Shown: in pieces, positions 38,794 to 51,222 of the stretch | Layout of the letters: the number at the start of each line of letters is the position of its first letter | How positions within the stretch are numbered: position 1 is the first letter of the stretch | Assembly: GCF_001194135.2 (NCBI RefSeq) | Contig: NC_068982.1 | Coordinates: 144,227,892 to 144,291,891, forward strand | Length of the DNA: 64,000 nucleotides | Source of the DNA: Octopus bimaculoides | Lineage: Eukaryota | Direction: 5' to 3' | Made by a program: the position numbers and the translations under genes | The notes under the pieces: generated by a model | Databases searched by the model: none | What the model was told of the DNA's origin: nothing | Seen by the model: only the letters and a program-made list of their open reading frames with translations

Positions 38794-39277
38794 TACAAAA
38801 CTGTATACATAATAAATTTGACACTTGAGACCAAAAAATTCAAGTCAGCTGTGGGCTAAAACTAAATACTTTAAATCATTCAGTCTAATGCTCAATTTAC
38901 TGTTTTTGATAATCTATTGTCCTGTTATATACAAATCTCCTTTTCTATATCAATTTTCCTTTATATAAATAATACAAGGCTTATCAGTAAGATGTTAGCT
39001 TTTTTGAAATAACCATTCTGAAAAAGCTATGTTAAAGGAAATAATATAGACACCTGTGAAAGACCGATTCATATCATCAAAGACTACTGCATTTAGTGGT
39101 GTGAAAAGTGGGACATTATGAACTGAGCTATATAAATCAAAAAGCCCGTTGTTTGAAATACTTTTGTATTACACACACACTCACTATTCTATATTCAAGA
39201 AGAAACTATATTTTATAATATCATTGCTATAAAACTTAATACAAGTCATGTCTATATCTTATCTCAGATTCCAAGTT

Positions 39278-39589
39278 CTAGTGATGTTCAATTACACTAG
39301 CTAGGCATTGGAACATATGAGAGAGAGGACAGTGAGGAAACTGAGCATGTTAGTAAGGTCCTCTCAGTAACTTGCTACTGAACCAGGTTTGTGACAGAGG
39401 TTCAATTCCCATTGAAGTATTTTTACTTAATTTTACTATTTTTGATTTCTGGTTGAAGTTATATTCCTGTAGTGGTTCTCAACAAATGGTTCATGTACCA
39501 TCAGTGGTCCATCAGAACTTTACCAGTTGATCCTTTGTCCTCTCTCCTATACATTCCAATGCCTACCCAGTTTAAGTGAACATCACTAG
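39278..39589. mobile_element. Old MITE with imperfect TIRs of about 55 bp, possible TA TSD
   Basis: ctagtgatgttcaattacactagctaggcattggaacatatgagagagaggaca versus the reverse complement of the right end, ctagtgatgttcacttaaactgggtaggcattggaatgtataggagagaggaca. Confidence 0.65.
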
Positions 39590-39676
39590 AAAATGAAATC
39601 TGAGATAAAATGTAGACTTGTCACTAGTAAACTGAGCCTACTCTGTAAGAGATATTCAAGTTTTATAGCAATGATA

Positions 39677-39679
<3 letters not shown>

Positions 39680-39732
<53 letters not shown>
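39680..39732. repeat. (GA)n microsatellite; similar tracts at about 7233-7280, 18446-18478, 27633-27676, 49697-49727
   Basis: Direct inspection. Confidence 0.95.
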
Positions 39733-39734
<2 letters not shown>

Positions 39735-42700
39735 CTTTCACAGGTGTCTATAGTCTTTCCTTTAGCATAGCCTTTTCAGATTGATTATTTTAAAGAAGTT
39801 AACATCTTTCCCAAGTGACCCTTTTCAAATTCTTTGGAAGACCAACATTATGTCTGCCTAGACAGTATAGACATAGCAAATATGTACTAATAGTTTATTT
39901 CAATATAATTACACATTACTTAAACAGAAAATTACCAACTTAGATCTGAACCACCATGTATTTATAGTGGATTTATTAATCAAGAAAAAGAATAGAGTTC
40001 TACAACATCTGAGCTGATCTAAAGTTTCAGGCAATGATTGCATGAAACTAGCTAAGCTGAAATTGCATCTAGGAAAACTCATGACCACAAAGAAACCTTT
40101 ACATGGTTGCTCAAAATGCTAGAAATAACTGCCAAGTTTCTGTCAAATCACACTCTACAGTTTTAAATGAGGAGACACAGGATAATATAATCCAAAGTAT
40201 ATTATCTAAAAATGGAGAAGATAGTTATGACGGGAATGCCTTATGTTAAAGATCTGGTTTAGTAAGTGTGAGGTGGGGTTAAATAACATCACTAATAAGC
40301 CTAGTCATTATGTAAAAATGTGAATCACTAAAATAATTTTGGAACAGAAGGGTCTTAACAACTTTGTTTAATTTCACCAAAGTATCACACACGCAAAAAA
40401 GCCCAGACAAAACACTTTCTTCTTGAAAAAAAAAAAAAAAAAAAAATTACACTCTGCTGTTGAATTAGCATGGATGATTTCTAATCATATTACATTTAAT
40501 ATTTTGAATAAACTTCTAAAAGAAACATATTTCATCTCTACTAAGTTTGAATACAGAAAGCTGAGGTTGCTCTTTATAAATAATAATTAAAAAAATAATA
40601 ATAAAGTATACAAGAATACTGCTTACATATCTTGTATGGTGTACCAACCAAAATAAGTATCCTTGACTAATTCCAGCAACAGGTTATCTTTCTGATATGC
40701 AAGGTCACACTCACCAGCTACTGATCCACTCATTGTCAAACCATTAATTCTTTGCTTGGATTTTGTTATTACTGTTGTAATCACTCAGAGCAATAACAAA
40801 TTGGCTGACGCTCATTTAATAATATCTCCTACATATTTTACCAAATCATATCTCCGCAAAAGTTTACATGTTTCCAAAGTCTTATTCTGCCAATATTTCA
40901 CTACCACATGGCATAGACACAAAACTTTCTAACTTAATGAGAAAGAAATACATTTCATTCTTATCTCAACAACATGTTAATAGTACCTAACAAAACCTAA
41001 ACTACTTTACCAGTTTTATTCCTTAAATTTTAGTTTTCTGTTTCTTTTTTAATGTTAACTTATTGACAGTGTAAAAATGGTAGCTGAAGCTTATTGCACA
41101 TTTGGGATGTAATTCAATCTAATTTCAGGGTTTAAACAGTGATAATGGAAATAAAATATGAACATTTTTTGGCAGTAATTATTTTTTTAACACCAGCAAA
41201 TAAGCCTTCAGTAGTTTATTCTGAGCAGGTGATATATGAGCAAGGATTTAAGCAAGGAAGTTGCATCAAAAATAATTTCAGCATTTGAAAACAACTTTTG
41301 GAAAACATATTTATGCCTGTGTATTTGTAAAAATAATTGTGCATGTGTGTGCATGTGAGAGAGAGGGAGAATATATTTGTGTGTACATGTATATGTTCTC
41401 CTAAAACAAAAACTCATCAAGGATGATAGGAAAAGGGAGAAGGTTACCAATTCATTTTTAAATTAAATAAAAACATATTTGATATATTTAATTAAATATA
41501 TAATAAATAACATTTCATTAAAATATTTAACTGAATGATAATCATTAAATTGTGATTCTGCAAAATAAAACTAGAAATTAGTTTTTTTTTTAATGTCAAT
41601 TTCTTCTTATTTTTATCATTATTACTAGTCTTTTGATGTTGTTTTTATTATTAACACTTCTATCTCTACCAATTATCACTCAGGATTCTCCTAATTTCTG
41701 TATATCTACAGTGACAGCTCTAGGAACACTCTCTTTCATTAGTTCATTAGATCTCTCTAGTTGGATGACCATCGACAAATTGGCTAAGTCAACCATGACA
41801 GAATTTGAATTCAGAACATAAAGACAGACAAAAGGCCACTAAGCATTTTGTTTGGTGTACTAATGGTTCTGTCAGCTCACTGCCTTAATAATAACAATAA
41901 TCTTTATCTTTATCAATGCTATTGTATACTTGAAGACTGACTGGGTATTTGGATTGATTTATGCCACATTCCTGGGCAATCACATGCATTCAGATTTTCT
42001 TCCATGCAGATTCTCTTTAACAAATACTAGTCCTGTTTTCTTCTACTTCCGTAATATGAAGACATTGCAACAACAGAAAAATAGCAAGCCTCTTACAAAA
42101 GCCGTCAGATTTATAATCTTACAGTAACTGAGCCTCAGCAAAGTTTACCTCACAATGATTAATAGCAGGAACAACATTTGAAGTTTGTGAGATTTTGTTT
42201 CAAAACAAGAACTGTAAACTTCCCTACCCAATACTCATAGCAACAATGTAATATACAAGTATAAACAAAATTTCTTGCATGCATTCTCTTCATAAACAAA
42301 GTCTTTTGTTTAATAAAGTACAACAGCTATTAGGTATACTGTTACCATAGTGACTAGATGTTTACTTTTGGTTCAACTAGTTTGGCCTCTGGTTTAATGA
42401 ACAACTCAGTCTGTTGTTTTACATAATTGTTTTTATAGCAAGGATAATATAGTCAATACTGATGAGAGAGGGGGGGGGGAGAGACAGTGAGAGATAATTG
42501 AATTTGAACTGAAAACAACAAGAAAATAAAATCAAAGAAAAAGAAATCTGAAATAAAAATTCTAGTTTCAGTAAACATAAAACTGTGATTTAGAAAATAA
42601 ACTGTTTCTTTTGTAATTTTGTCAACCAGCAGTTGCTTTAAACATCTAGTAAATTGATATCAAAATATAAAACAGAATAGAAATATCGATTTTAGAAATT

Positions 42701-44954
42701 TTATAAATTTGTTTCCACTTTTTTTAATGTTAAAAGAGAAAAAAAATGAAAATATAGAAAACCAAGAAGAAAAAAAGAATTCCAAATAAACCTAGTTGCG
42801 AACAAATGCTGGAATATTCATGAAGTAAGTAGAAGGCAAATCACTTAATTATGTCAAGGTGTTAGCTATAGATATAAAGTGCAAATAGAGAGTAATTTAG
42901 AAATTATAACATTTGTTGAGTTTATATGTGAAGGGAAAATCTAACTTGCAAGCCTACAAAACAAACCACTAATGGTTACAGTTAATCTCATAATCATTTT
43001 TCATAACTCAGTTATTTTATACTAATCTATAAAAGAAAGACAAAAGAAGTTTCACCCTTGAAAAAAATGAATATTTGATTTAATGAAGGGTTTATTAAAC
43101 TGTAGATAAATGAGTACTAAATAATGATAATACATTACAAAAGGCACACAAAATAGCACTTTAAGTAATAAACTAAAGTTCTGAGAAAGTACATTTGTGG
43201 ATAAGTTTGTAAATATATTTACACGAGTGTTCACCAAATGTAAATTTATTTATAAACTTATCCATTTTAAGCAAGGGTTTGATATAACACCAAAGACAGT
43301 AAACAATAGAGACAGCGATATATATAATACATAAGATAGTAAATAGCAATAATAATGTTTCCATGTTAAGACATGAAGCCTAAGATTTCTCTTCCTAAAA
43401 GAGAAATGGCATGTTGCCATAGTTACATTTTTGTCAGAAAAATTAGCAGTATATTTGAAATGAAACAACTCCAGCTAGGAGTTGAACCAGGAATTGTCAA
43501 CAGCACTTGTATTTTCCAATGCAGAATACAACAAACTAACAGTTTCTTAATTAAACCTGGGCTTGTGGTCAATAGGGTTAATATTTTTGTCTCAGGAACA
43601 CTATAACTAGAATGTTATTAAATTAGCAGATGCAGAAAATGCATATTTTTGACAATTTTTTTTTTTTTCAAGAGAACAATATCACTGACCACAATAACCT
43701 AAGCTTACAAATGGTTCAGATACTATAGCAGACATAAAAGATAAGACTTGCCCCAGTGAGATTTGAAATCGGAACTTAGAGGTACTTTCCTAACACAAAT
43801 CTGTGAAAGTTCAATTTCGATTTAGTTAAGACACTTGACACCCACTTCACTTATAATATTTCCTAGAAAAGATTTAACAGAATTTGCTTGCCAATAATGA
43901 CTGAGATCACAATAATAATAAACTGTATTTCTATCTTGTCATTTTTTTAGTTAATGTGTGTTCTGCTCCAGCAAACCAATCAAATATTTGGCAGTAATTT
44001 ATATGTCCAGCATCCCAGTGGCTGGACTCAAACCATTTAACTTGTATTATTGCCACAGAATATTCCTATCCTTATTGTGAAGTACCTTAAATTATGGGAC
44101 TTAATATATGTGATTTCCATTAGCACTTTCTTTTAAAAGAAGGGTGCATAGCTTACTTAACTGTACATTACTGATAGTCATTTTATTTGAGTATCCAATG
44201 GATAAAATGGCAGCTGCAAACAAACCAAGAAGATAAGACATTGGCATGCTAGCTGATGGGTTTTGGATTAAAATTTACTGCAGAGTTTTGGGTTTTTTGA
44301 ATAACAGTAATCCGTTTAACTGCTGGGAATACATACCAAATCTTTTAGGAATGTCATCCTAAAATAAAGTAGATTAATCTCTCATTTACTTCAGATCTTT
44401 GGGGAAATTTATCATGACATCAACAACAGATGAACTTAGGACAATCAAACAGTCTGAGATTTTACCAAGGACAGTATGAAGACTACTTCCTTACCAACTG
44501 CACTATTCACCAATAAGTTATTATATAATTATCATTTGTTTCTTAGTCATAATACACTACACATTTTTTTTTATTTCATGGAACAAATATATTGATTTGT
44601 TGACTGCCCTAATATTAGACATCTCCCAACCTCTATTGAGATAAAAGGTTAGGTGTAATCAAATGTAAATAGCGAGGGTTCTAAACTAAGTACCATAAAT
44701 TATTTGGCTTGACTTTATACATTTTATTATTAAACACATTAACTGCTAGACAACAGACAACTAATCAATCCTTTTTACTATGTACTAACAGTATTTAATG
44801 TATTAACATACGGGATGCCATCTGCTACTAACAGCATGAGATGTTACACTTCACTAACAGTATAATGATGTAGCAATACAGGGAAATGAAAACACCAACA
44901 GCATTTTCTAATGCAACAAAACATGAAATACGATGTTTGACACGTGACTTAGGT

Positions 44955-45160
44955 GGAGGCACGTTGGACTCACAATCATAAGATTGTGGCTTTGATCCTT
45001 GGACTGGGTGATCTATTGTGTTCTTGAGCAAAACACTTTATTTCACATTGCTCCAGTCCAGGGTTAGCCTGGAGAAGGATGGGCTCTGCCAGGCTTTCTT
45101 GCTCTGGATACACTGCATGGCTGCAGTGCCCCAATGACCACCAAAGGGTTAAGGGACTTG
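44955..45160 (+). mobile_element. SINE with family C head and variant tail
   Basis: ttgtgttcttgagcaaaacactttatttcacattgctccagtcc followed by ttagcctggagaaggatgggctct...gggttaagggactt, shared with the 46560 copy. Confidence 0.7.
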
Positions 45161-46559
45161 TCAACATAACAACATGTCAGATATTCAAATGTGACTAATG
45201 ATTTATATTGTAATCACTCATGGGATGCAATAACCTCTCTATATATATATATTCCTTTCGGCTACAGGCACTAGGCCTGAAATTTTGGAGGATGGGGATA
45301 GTCATTTACATTGACTCCAGTGCTCAAATGGTACTCTAATATATATCATAATAACTCAATAAATAATGTACCATTAAGAGTATATCAAATATCAGGTCTA
45401 CTATAAAATAACTAATATTATAAAATACACTACCTAGTATGGTGAGATGTCACTAGTGATATTTCACATCAATGCAATAACCTCAAACTAACAGTATATC
45501 ATTTAATATTAACACTCCTTAATATTCTTAATAGTAAAGCTGGAACTCATTTCTCTGATTTAATTTGTAAATAAACTACAAAAAAAAAAATTTTTTAAAA
45601 ACATCTTTAAAATTTAATAATACAAATTTAAAATAGCAAAACACAATATATATATATATATCTGTGTATATACATATATCATGAAAAACTTCAAAATCAA
45701 CCTGAGAAAACAAATAAACAAAATAGATTAATTGGAACAATAAAGAAGACAAACTGAGTATAATGTTAAACATTAAAAATATATGACATTAAGAAAAGAG
45801 ACAGTGAATAGTGAGATGGCATGCATGGCATTAGAGCCGAGAAGCAGCAGACTGGAATACCAATACAACATGCAAATATTCTAATTATATTATATAAATA
45901 AAAAAAAACTGGAAAAGAAAAACAATCATTACACACACACACACATGCATATGTACCTGTGAATACATACATACATACATATTTATGTATTCACATATGC
46001 ATATGTATGAATGTGCTTCTGAATATATACACACGTACGTATGTACTTCTTTTATTGGTTTTAGTGACTGGACTGTGACTATGTTGAGGCACCACCTTCA
46101 AAAGCGGAGTCTGTTATATTGACTTCGATAGCCGACTCACAAAATGAAAGTTGACCTGGATAGAGTATGGACTCAGACTGTAAAGGGGTATAACCATATA
46201 TCACAAAGTATTTTGACTGATGCTCTATCAATTTGGTCAAACTATACACATACATATTTATTTATATAATTATTGTTTGGAATTAATGCCAATTGTTTCA
46301 TATTACCAATACATATTGTATGTGTGTGTGTGTGTGTAGACACACACTTTATATGTTGGTTGATAAGGATACCAGTGGTTTCATATGGAGAGAAATCTCT
46401 CAACAATTTTCAAGTCAACCTTATGGGAAGGCTGGTACCCATCTTCATCTTGGATGAGAATGCACAAAGCTACATGAGACTGTATGATATTTATGAATAA
46501 TTAAATAAATATATTGATCATGTGAGGTAACTTATATGAAAATTGTGTGTGTGTGTGGA

Positions 46560-46797
46560 GGCACATGGCTTAGTGGTTAAGGTGCTGGACTCATGATCGT
46601 AAGATTGTGGTTTCAATTAATGGACCAGGTGACCTGTTGTGTTCTTGAGCAAAACACTTCATTTCACGTTGCTCCAGTCCACTCAGTTGTAGAAATAAGT
46701 TTAGCCTGGAGAGGGATGGGCTCTACTAAGCTTTCTCATCCAAGATAAATTGCATGGTTGCAGTACCCAAACGACCCCGAAGGGGTTAAGGGACTTA
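46560..46797 (+). mobile_element. SINE with family C head and variant tail
   Basis: ggcacatggcttagtggttaagg A-box, ggtttcaatt B-box-like motif, same tail as 44955. Confidence 0.75.
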
Positions 46798-46875
46798 TGT
46801 AGATTTATCTTTATAAATACCATTTTTTTAATGGCTGTACCAACAATAACACTTTACACAGATTGAAGATTATCA

Positions 46876-46919
<44 letters not shown>

Positions 46920-47092
46920 GGCGCAAGAGTGGCTGTGTGGTAAGTAGCTTGCTTACCAACCACACGGTTCTGGGTTCAGTCCCACTGCGTGGCACCTTGG
47001 GCAAGTGTCTTCTACTATAGCCTCGGGCCGACCAAAGCCTTGTGAGAGAATTTGGTAGACGGAAACTGAAAGAAGCCTGTCATATATATGTA

Positions 47093-47141
<49 letters not shown>

Positions 47142-47343
47142 TTGTGTGTCTGTGTTTGTCCCCCCAACATCGCTTGACAACCGATGGTGGTGTGTTTACG
47201 TCCCCGTAACTTAGCGGTTCGGCAAAAGAGACTGATAGAATAAGTACTAGGCATCCAAAGAATAAGTCCTGGGGTCGATTTGCTCGACTAAAGGCAGTGC
47301 TCCAGCATGGCCACAGTCAAATGACTGAAACAAGTAAAAGAGT
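46920..47343 (+). mobile_element. Full-length young tRNA-derived SINE family B inserted in (TA)n
   Basis: A-box TGGCTGTGTGG, B-box GGTTCAGTCCC, internal TG microsatellite, CpGs retained, tail gaaacaagtaaaagag. Confidence 0.9.
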
Positions 47344-48040
47344 ATATATATCAGTAATCTGAAATCACTGGCATCAATTTCATAGGTAATTGAAATAATT
47401 CCACTTTACAGACACACTATTGAGCATACCTTCTTTAGTCCATTATCTCTCTCACGCACATATATATATATATATTTTGTGTGTGTGTGTGTGTATGTGT
47501 GTGTGTGTGTGTATGTGTGTGTGTGTGTGTGTGTGTATGTGTGTATGTGTGTGTGTGTGTGTGTGCACGTGACAACTTTTTATTTTTTAAGCAAAGTGCT
47601 TTTGAGCAGACATATAAAAGTGGATAAAGATTGTGCGTCTGCATATGAAACAAAAAACACTATTTAAAAATGTACATATTTACCAGTATAAATACTAGTT
47701 TACTTACTACTACAGTAAATATATAAATAACTAGAATTTCAATTTAATTATACATACAGACACACACATACACACATTCATAGATACAGACATATCACCT
47801 TTCTGAAGAGTAAAAGAAACAAACAATATATAAATTTATATTGGAATCTCAAAGACAATAGATTAGTAGCTGTCAACATTACAAATCTAATAATAATTAT
47901 TTCTAAATAATGACTATGTCATTAGCATGAGACTATGTACTTGTGAAGAAAGATCAGTCAGTCAGACTGATCCTAGTATTTGACTGGTAACTATCTTTGT
48001 CAACTACAGTGGGATTTGAACTCACAATATTGAGACACAA

Positions 48041-48255
48041 AGGTGATGAGCTGACAGAAGCGTTAGCATGCCGGGCGAAATGCTTAGCGGTATTTCGTCT
48101 GTCTTTACGTTTTGAGTTCAAATTCAACCAAGGTTGACTCTGCCTTTCATCCTTTCAGGATCGATATATTAAGTACCAGTTGCATACTGGAGTCAATCTA
48201 ATTGACTAGCCCCCCCTCCCCAAAAATTTTGGGCCTTGTGCCTAGAGTAGAAAAG
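48041..48255 (+). mobile_element. SINE family D with 15-bp TSD, nested in an older inverted SINE
   Basis: TSD aatattgagacacaa (48026-48040) / aatattgagagacaa (48256-48270). Confidence 0.85.
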
Positions 48256-48439
48256 AATATTGAGAGACAAAACTAAATACCACGAGGCATCTTGTTCACT
48301 ATTCTATCAATTCTAATATAAAAGAGGCAGTAATATAATAGAGCTAGTTTCACTGAGGTTAACTTTGCTGTTCATCATTTCAGAGTCGATTAAAAAAACG
48401 TACCAGCCGAGCACTGGGGTTGATGCAATCATTTTACCA

Positions 48440-48845
48440 TCATAATCATTATCATTTAACATCTGTTGTCCATGCTGGCATATGTTGGACAATTTGACTG
48501 GGCTGGCATGCTTGGAAGGCTGTGCCAGGCTCCAGTCTGATTTGGCATGGTTTTCTACAGCTGGATGTCCTTCCTAACGCCAACCACTCCGAGAGTGTAA
48601 TGGGTGCTTTTATATGCCACTGGCATGGGTGCCATTTGCATGACACTGGTATCTGCCTCGACTGCAATTTTGCTTGGATTGATGGGTCTTCTTCTCAAGC
48701 ACGATATAAGGCCCAACACTCGAAAGGAACTCAGCCACTTTGCCTCCATGAGGTCCAATGCTCTAAAGGAACTCACCCACTTTGCTTCTGTCAGGCCCAA
48801 TGCTCGAAAGGAACTCAACCACTTTGCCTCTGTGAAGCCCAACCA
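48440..48845 (-). mobile_element. RTE 3' end (family A) with three tandem 42-bp units derived from the ORF terminus
   Basis: Family A tail, then aggcccaa..ctcgaaaggaactca.ccactttgcctc.gtg three times; the minus ORF shows LGLTEAKWLSSFRA-like units three times. Confidence 0.8.
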
Positions 48846-49694
48846 CTCCCCCAAAATTACTGGCATTGTGCCAAAATTTGAAACTAATATTGTAAAGCCA
48901 GTTTAGTTGTCTATAATCCTCCCTCTAATTTGACCATGCATTTGGCTAAAAGAAATCAGTTTTATTTTCTGAACTGGCTGTTATAACAAATGGCAATAGT
49001 TCGCATTATTGAGTCTGAACCGTGTCTGTCATGAATCATTCTGTAATTCACCCATCTGGGCGAGAGCATTTAAGATAAATACCAGTAAGATATTGTGCTT
49101 AATTTAAAATTCCTATATTAGTTCTAAACTTGCTAACCTAAAGAGTATTCAAGGAAATTACCTTACTCGACAGTATTTTTATCTTTTAAAATACATAGTT
49201 CTAATCTTCAATAAATTTATACCAATCTATACATAATTACTAGTTAGATACAAAAAAAAAAAAAATTCTTATAAATATAGGTCAGGGTTGAAATATGAAT
49301 TAGAATTATTTATAGACAAATTAATCGACCAAACTAATGTATTTAGTGCTGTGAAACAAAAGTAGGTTCTTTTTTACTCTTATTTTTTTAAGAAATTAGT
49401 CAGCCAACCAAACTACTAAATGTAATGTATATGTAGTGATATCAGAAATTTTCCCATGTAAGTTTTGTTGAGTCAAAACAGGGGACTTTGGAATGAAATC
49501 TTGAGAGAAGTTAGAATTAGAGACAAAAAATTAAATAGTACAGTTTATAAAATAAAGGAGTTGATGTTATTTTGTTAGCAAAGTTAGAAGCTGCTACTGC
49601 AAACTCTAGTAGAACAGAAAAGATAGTGAAGTAGTTCAGTTTTAGTGGAAAGTGGTTGAGTGTATATACAAATAGTTAAATTTGAACAAGGCAA

Positions 49695-49730
<36 letters not shown>

Positions 49731-50718
49731 AGAAGGGGAAAGTTTTAACCAGATCAACAGAAAGTTGTTCTTTTTTTTCATACATTACAAAGAGTTTAAG
49801 CCAGAGAATAGTCTTGATCAGCAGTATATTCATTTATCGAGAGTGGAAAAGTTATGCAATACGGTATAAACTGAACAGATGAGAGGTTTATGCAATATTT
49901 AGTCAGAAATGAATAATTGGCAAGAACAAATGAAATTAAAGATTTAAAATTATGTAAGTGCTACCCTGACTAAAACAAACATTAATTGTGGAGCTATGTA
50001 GAAGAATAAATAGAATAATTAAGTTTGAAATAACAGATTGATTTGTGAATCCATTGATATTGTGAAAATAATTGGACACTAAAACAAAATATCAATGTAG
50101 CAGACTAATTAGAATAGCTGATTAAATCAATTTGGCTGGATAATCAATCGCATACAAATTATTATGGATATTCAAGATTTTCTATGTACTAAAACATTTT
50201 TCTACTTTTGTAATCTTTCTCAGCTTAATCTTGAGAAAAACATGATGATAGCTGCAGGACAAATGGAGAGAGCTTGTTCAAAGATAAAACAAACTCACAA
50301 CTAATAAATGGATGTCTTGGTAATTTACCCATCCATGATACTCTTCATTTTGAATAATACAGAATTACAATAATCTTTCAAATTCTATCATTACTGTGAA
50401 GCTCCACACTCTATAATGTAATGTTAAAATATCCAAAACAATTTTAGTGTGGTTAGAATAATATAAACATCAGTAGAAAGAAGTGAACTGATAATTTATC
50501 ACTGCCATAAGGTAGAACAATGAATAAAAAAAGAAAAAAATATATAATTCATTCAGTCAAGCAAATTGGTCCATGCAAGCTAAACTGCATCAAAAAAGAT
50601 ATTTCATTATTTAGTACTTAGCAGAAATAAATGGTTATAAAGTAAAACTTTGGAGGGCATAAGGAAACATTCTGGAATGTCAAACATTTTTCATGACAAA
50701 AAGTCTTGCCATACTCAC

Positions 50719-50745
50719 TGCACTTGTGAAATCAAGGAATTTCTC
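50719..50745 (-). CDS. FRMD4: Candidate 27-nt frame-preserving microexon of FRMD4 (phase 2-2): (Q)RNSLISQV(Q)
   Basis: Minus strand reads cttttgttttccccatgcag|GAGAAATTCCTTGATTTCACAAGTGCA|gtgagt. Strong splice sites, 27 nt, open in the frame required by both flanking exons, about 370 nt downstream of the 51.1 kb exon. Confidence 0.65.
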
Positions 50746-51117
50746 CTGCATGGGGAAAACAAAAGTTTCTAATGAAAAACCAAGATCAAACTGATATTCC
50801 AAAAGTCTGTATTAAAATGAACAAATGTTCACTCAAGTTTTCTTAAGATAAACAGCTCCTTTGAATGATAACATACTTACCCCCAATTTAAGTTGTGCAA
50901 CACAGGGGATTGAACACACAGATTTGTGAGTGCAAAATGAAATAAATAAATAAATAAATAAATAAAATGGAGGTGAGAAAAAAAAGCGGGAAAAAAAAGA
51001 CCAATAATGTGATGATGTCTTGAGAAATAAAGTGGTGCTCAGATATATTGCCAAAGTGTTTTTTGGTAAGTCCATCACTTGTGTTTGGCAGATTGAGTTT
51101 GAAAATGAGATACTTAC

Positions 51118-51222
51118 TGGGTAGTGGGGTCTGAAATGGCATCGGATAAGGCATCAAACTCATCAATTGGCTCCAGAAGGGCATCTTCATACAGGTTGAA
51201 ACTGCTCAGCGTATGGATGATA
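51118..51222 (-). CDS. FRMD4: FRMD4A/B orthologue, 105-nt coding exon (phase 2-2): IIHTLSSFNLYEDALLEPIDEFDALSDAISDPTT, an insert within the FERM C-lobe
   Basis: Acceptor tgttccttctctag and donor gtaagt on the minus strand. Open frame, length divisible by 3, and phase 2 matches the phase-2 start of the 34597 exon (...DPTT-Q-VSVSRRTF). I recall a similar HTLSSFNLYED...DPTTQVSVSRR segment in invertebrate FRMD4 proteins (not verified). Confidence 0.85.
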
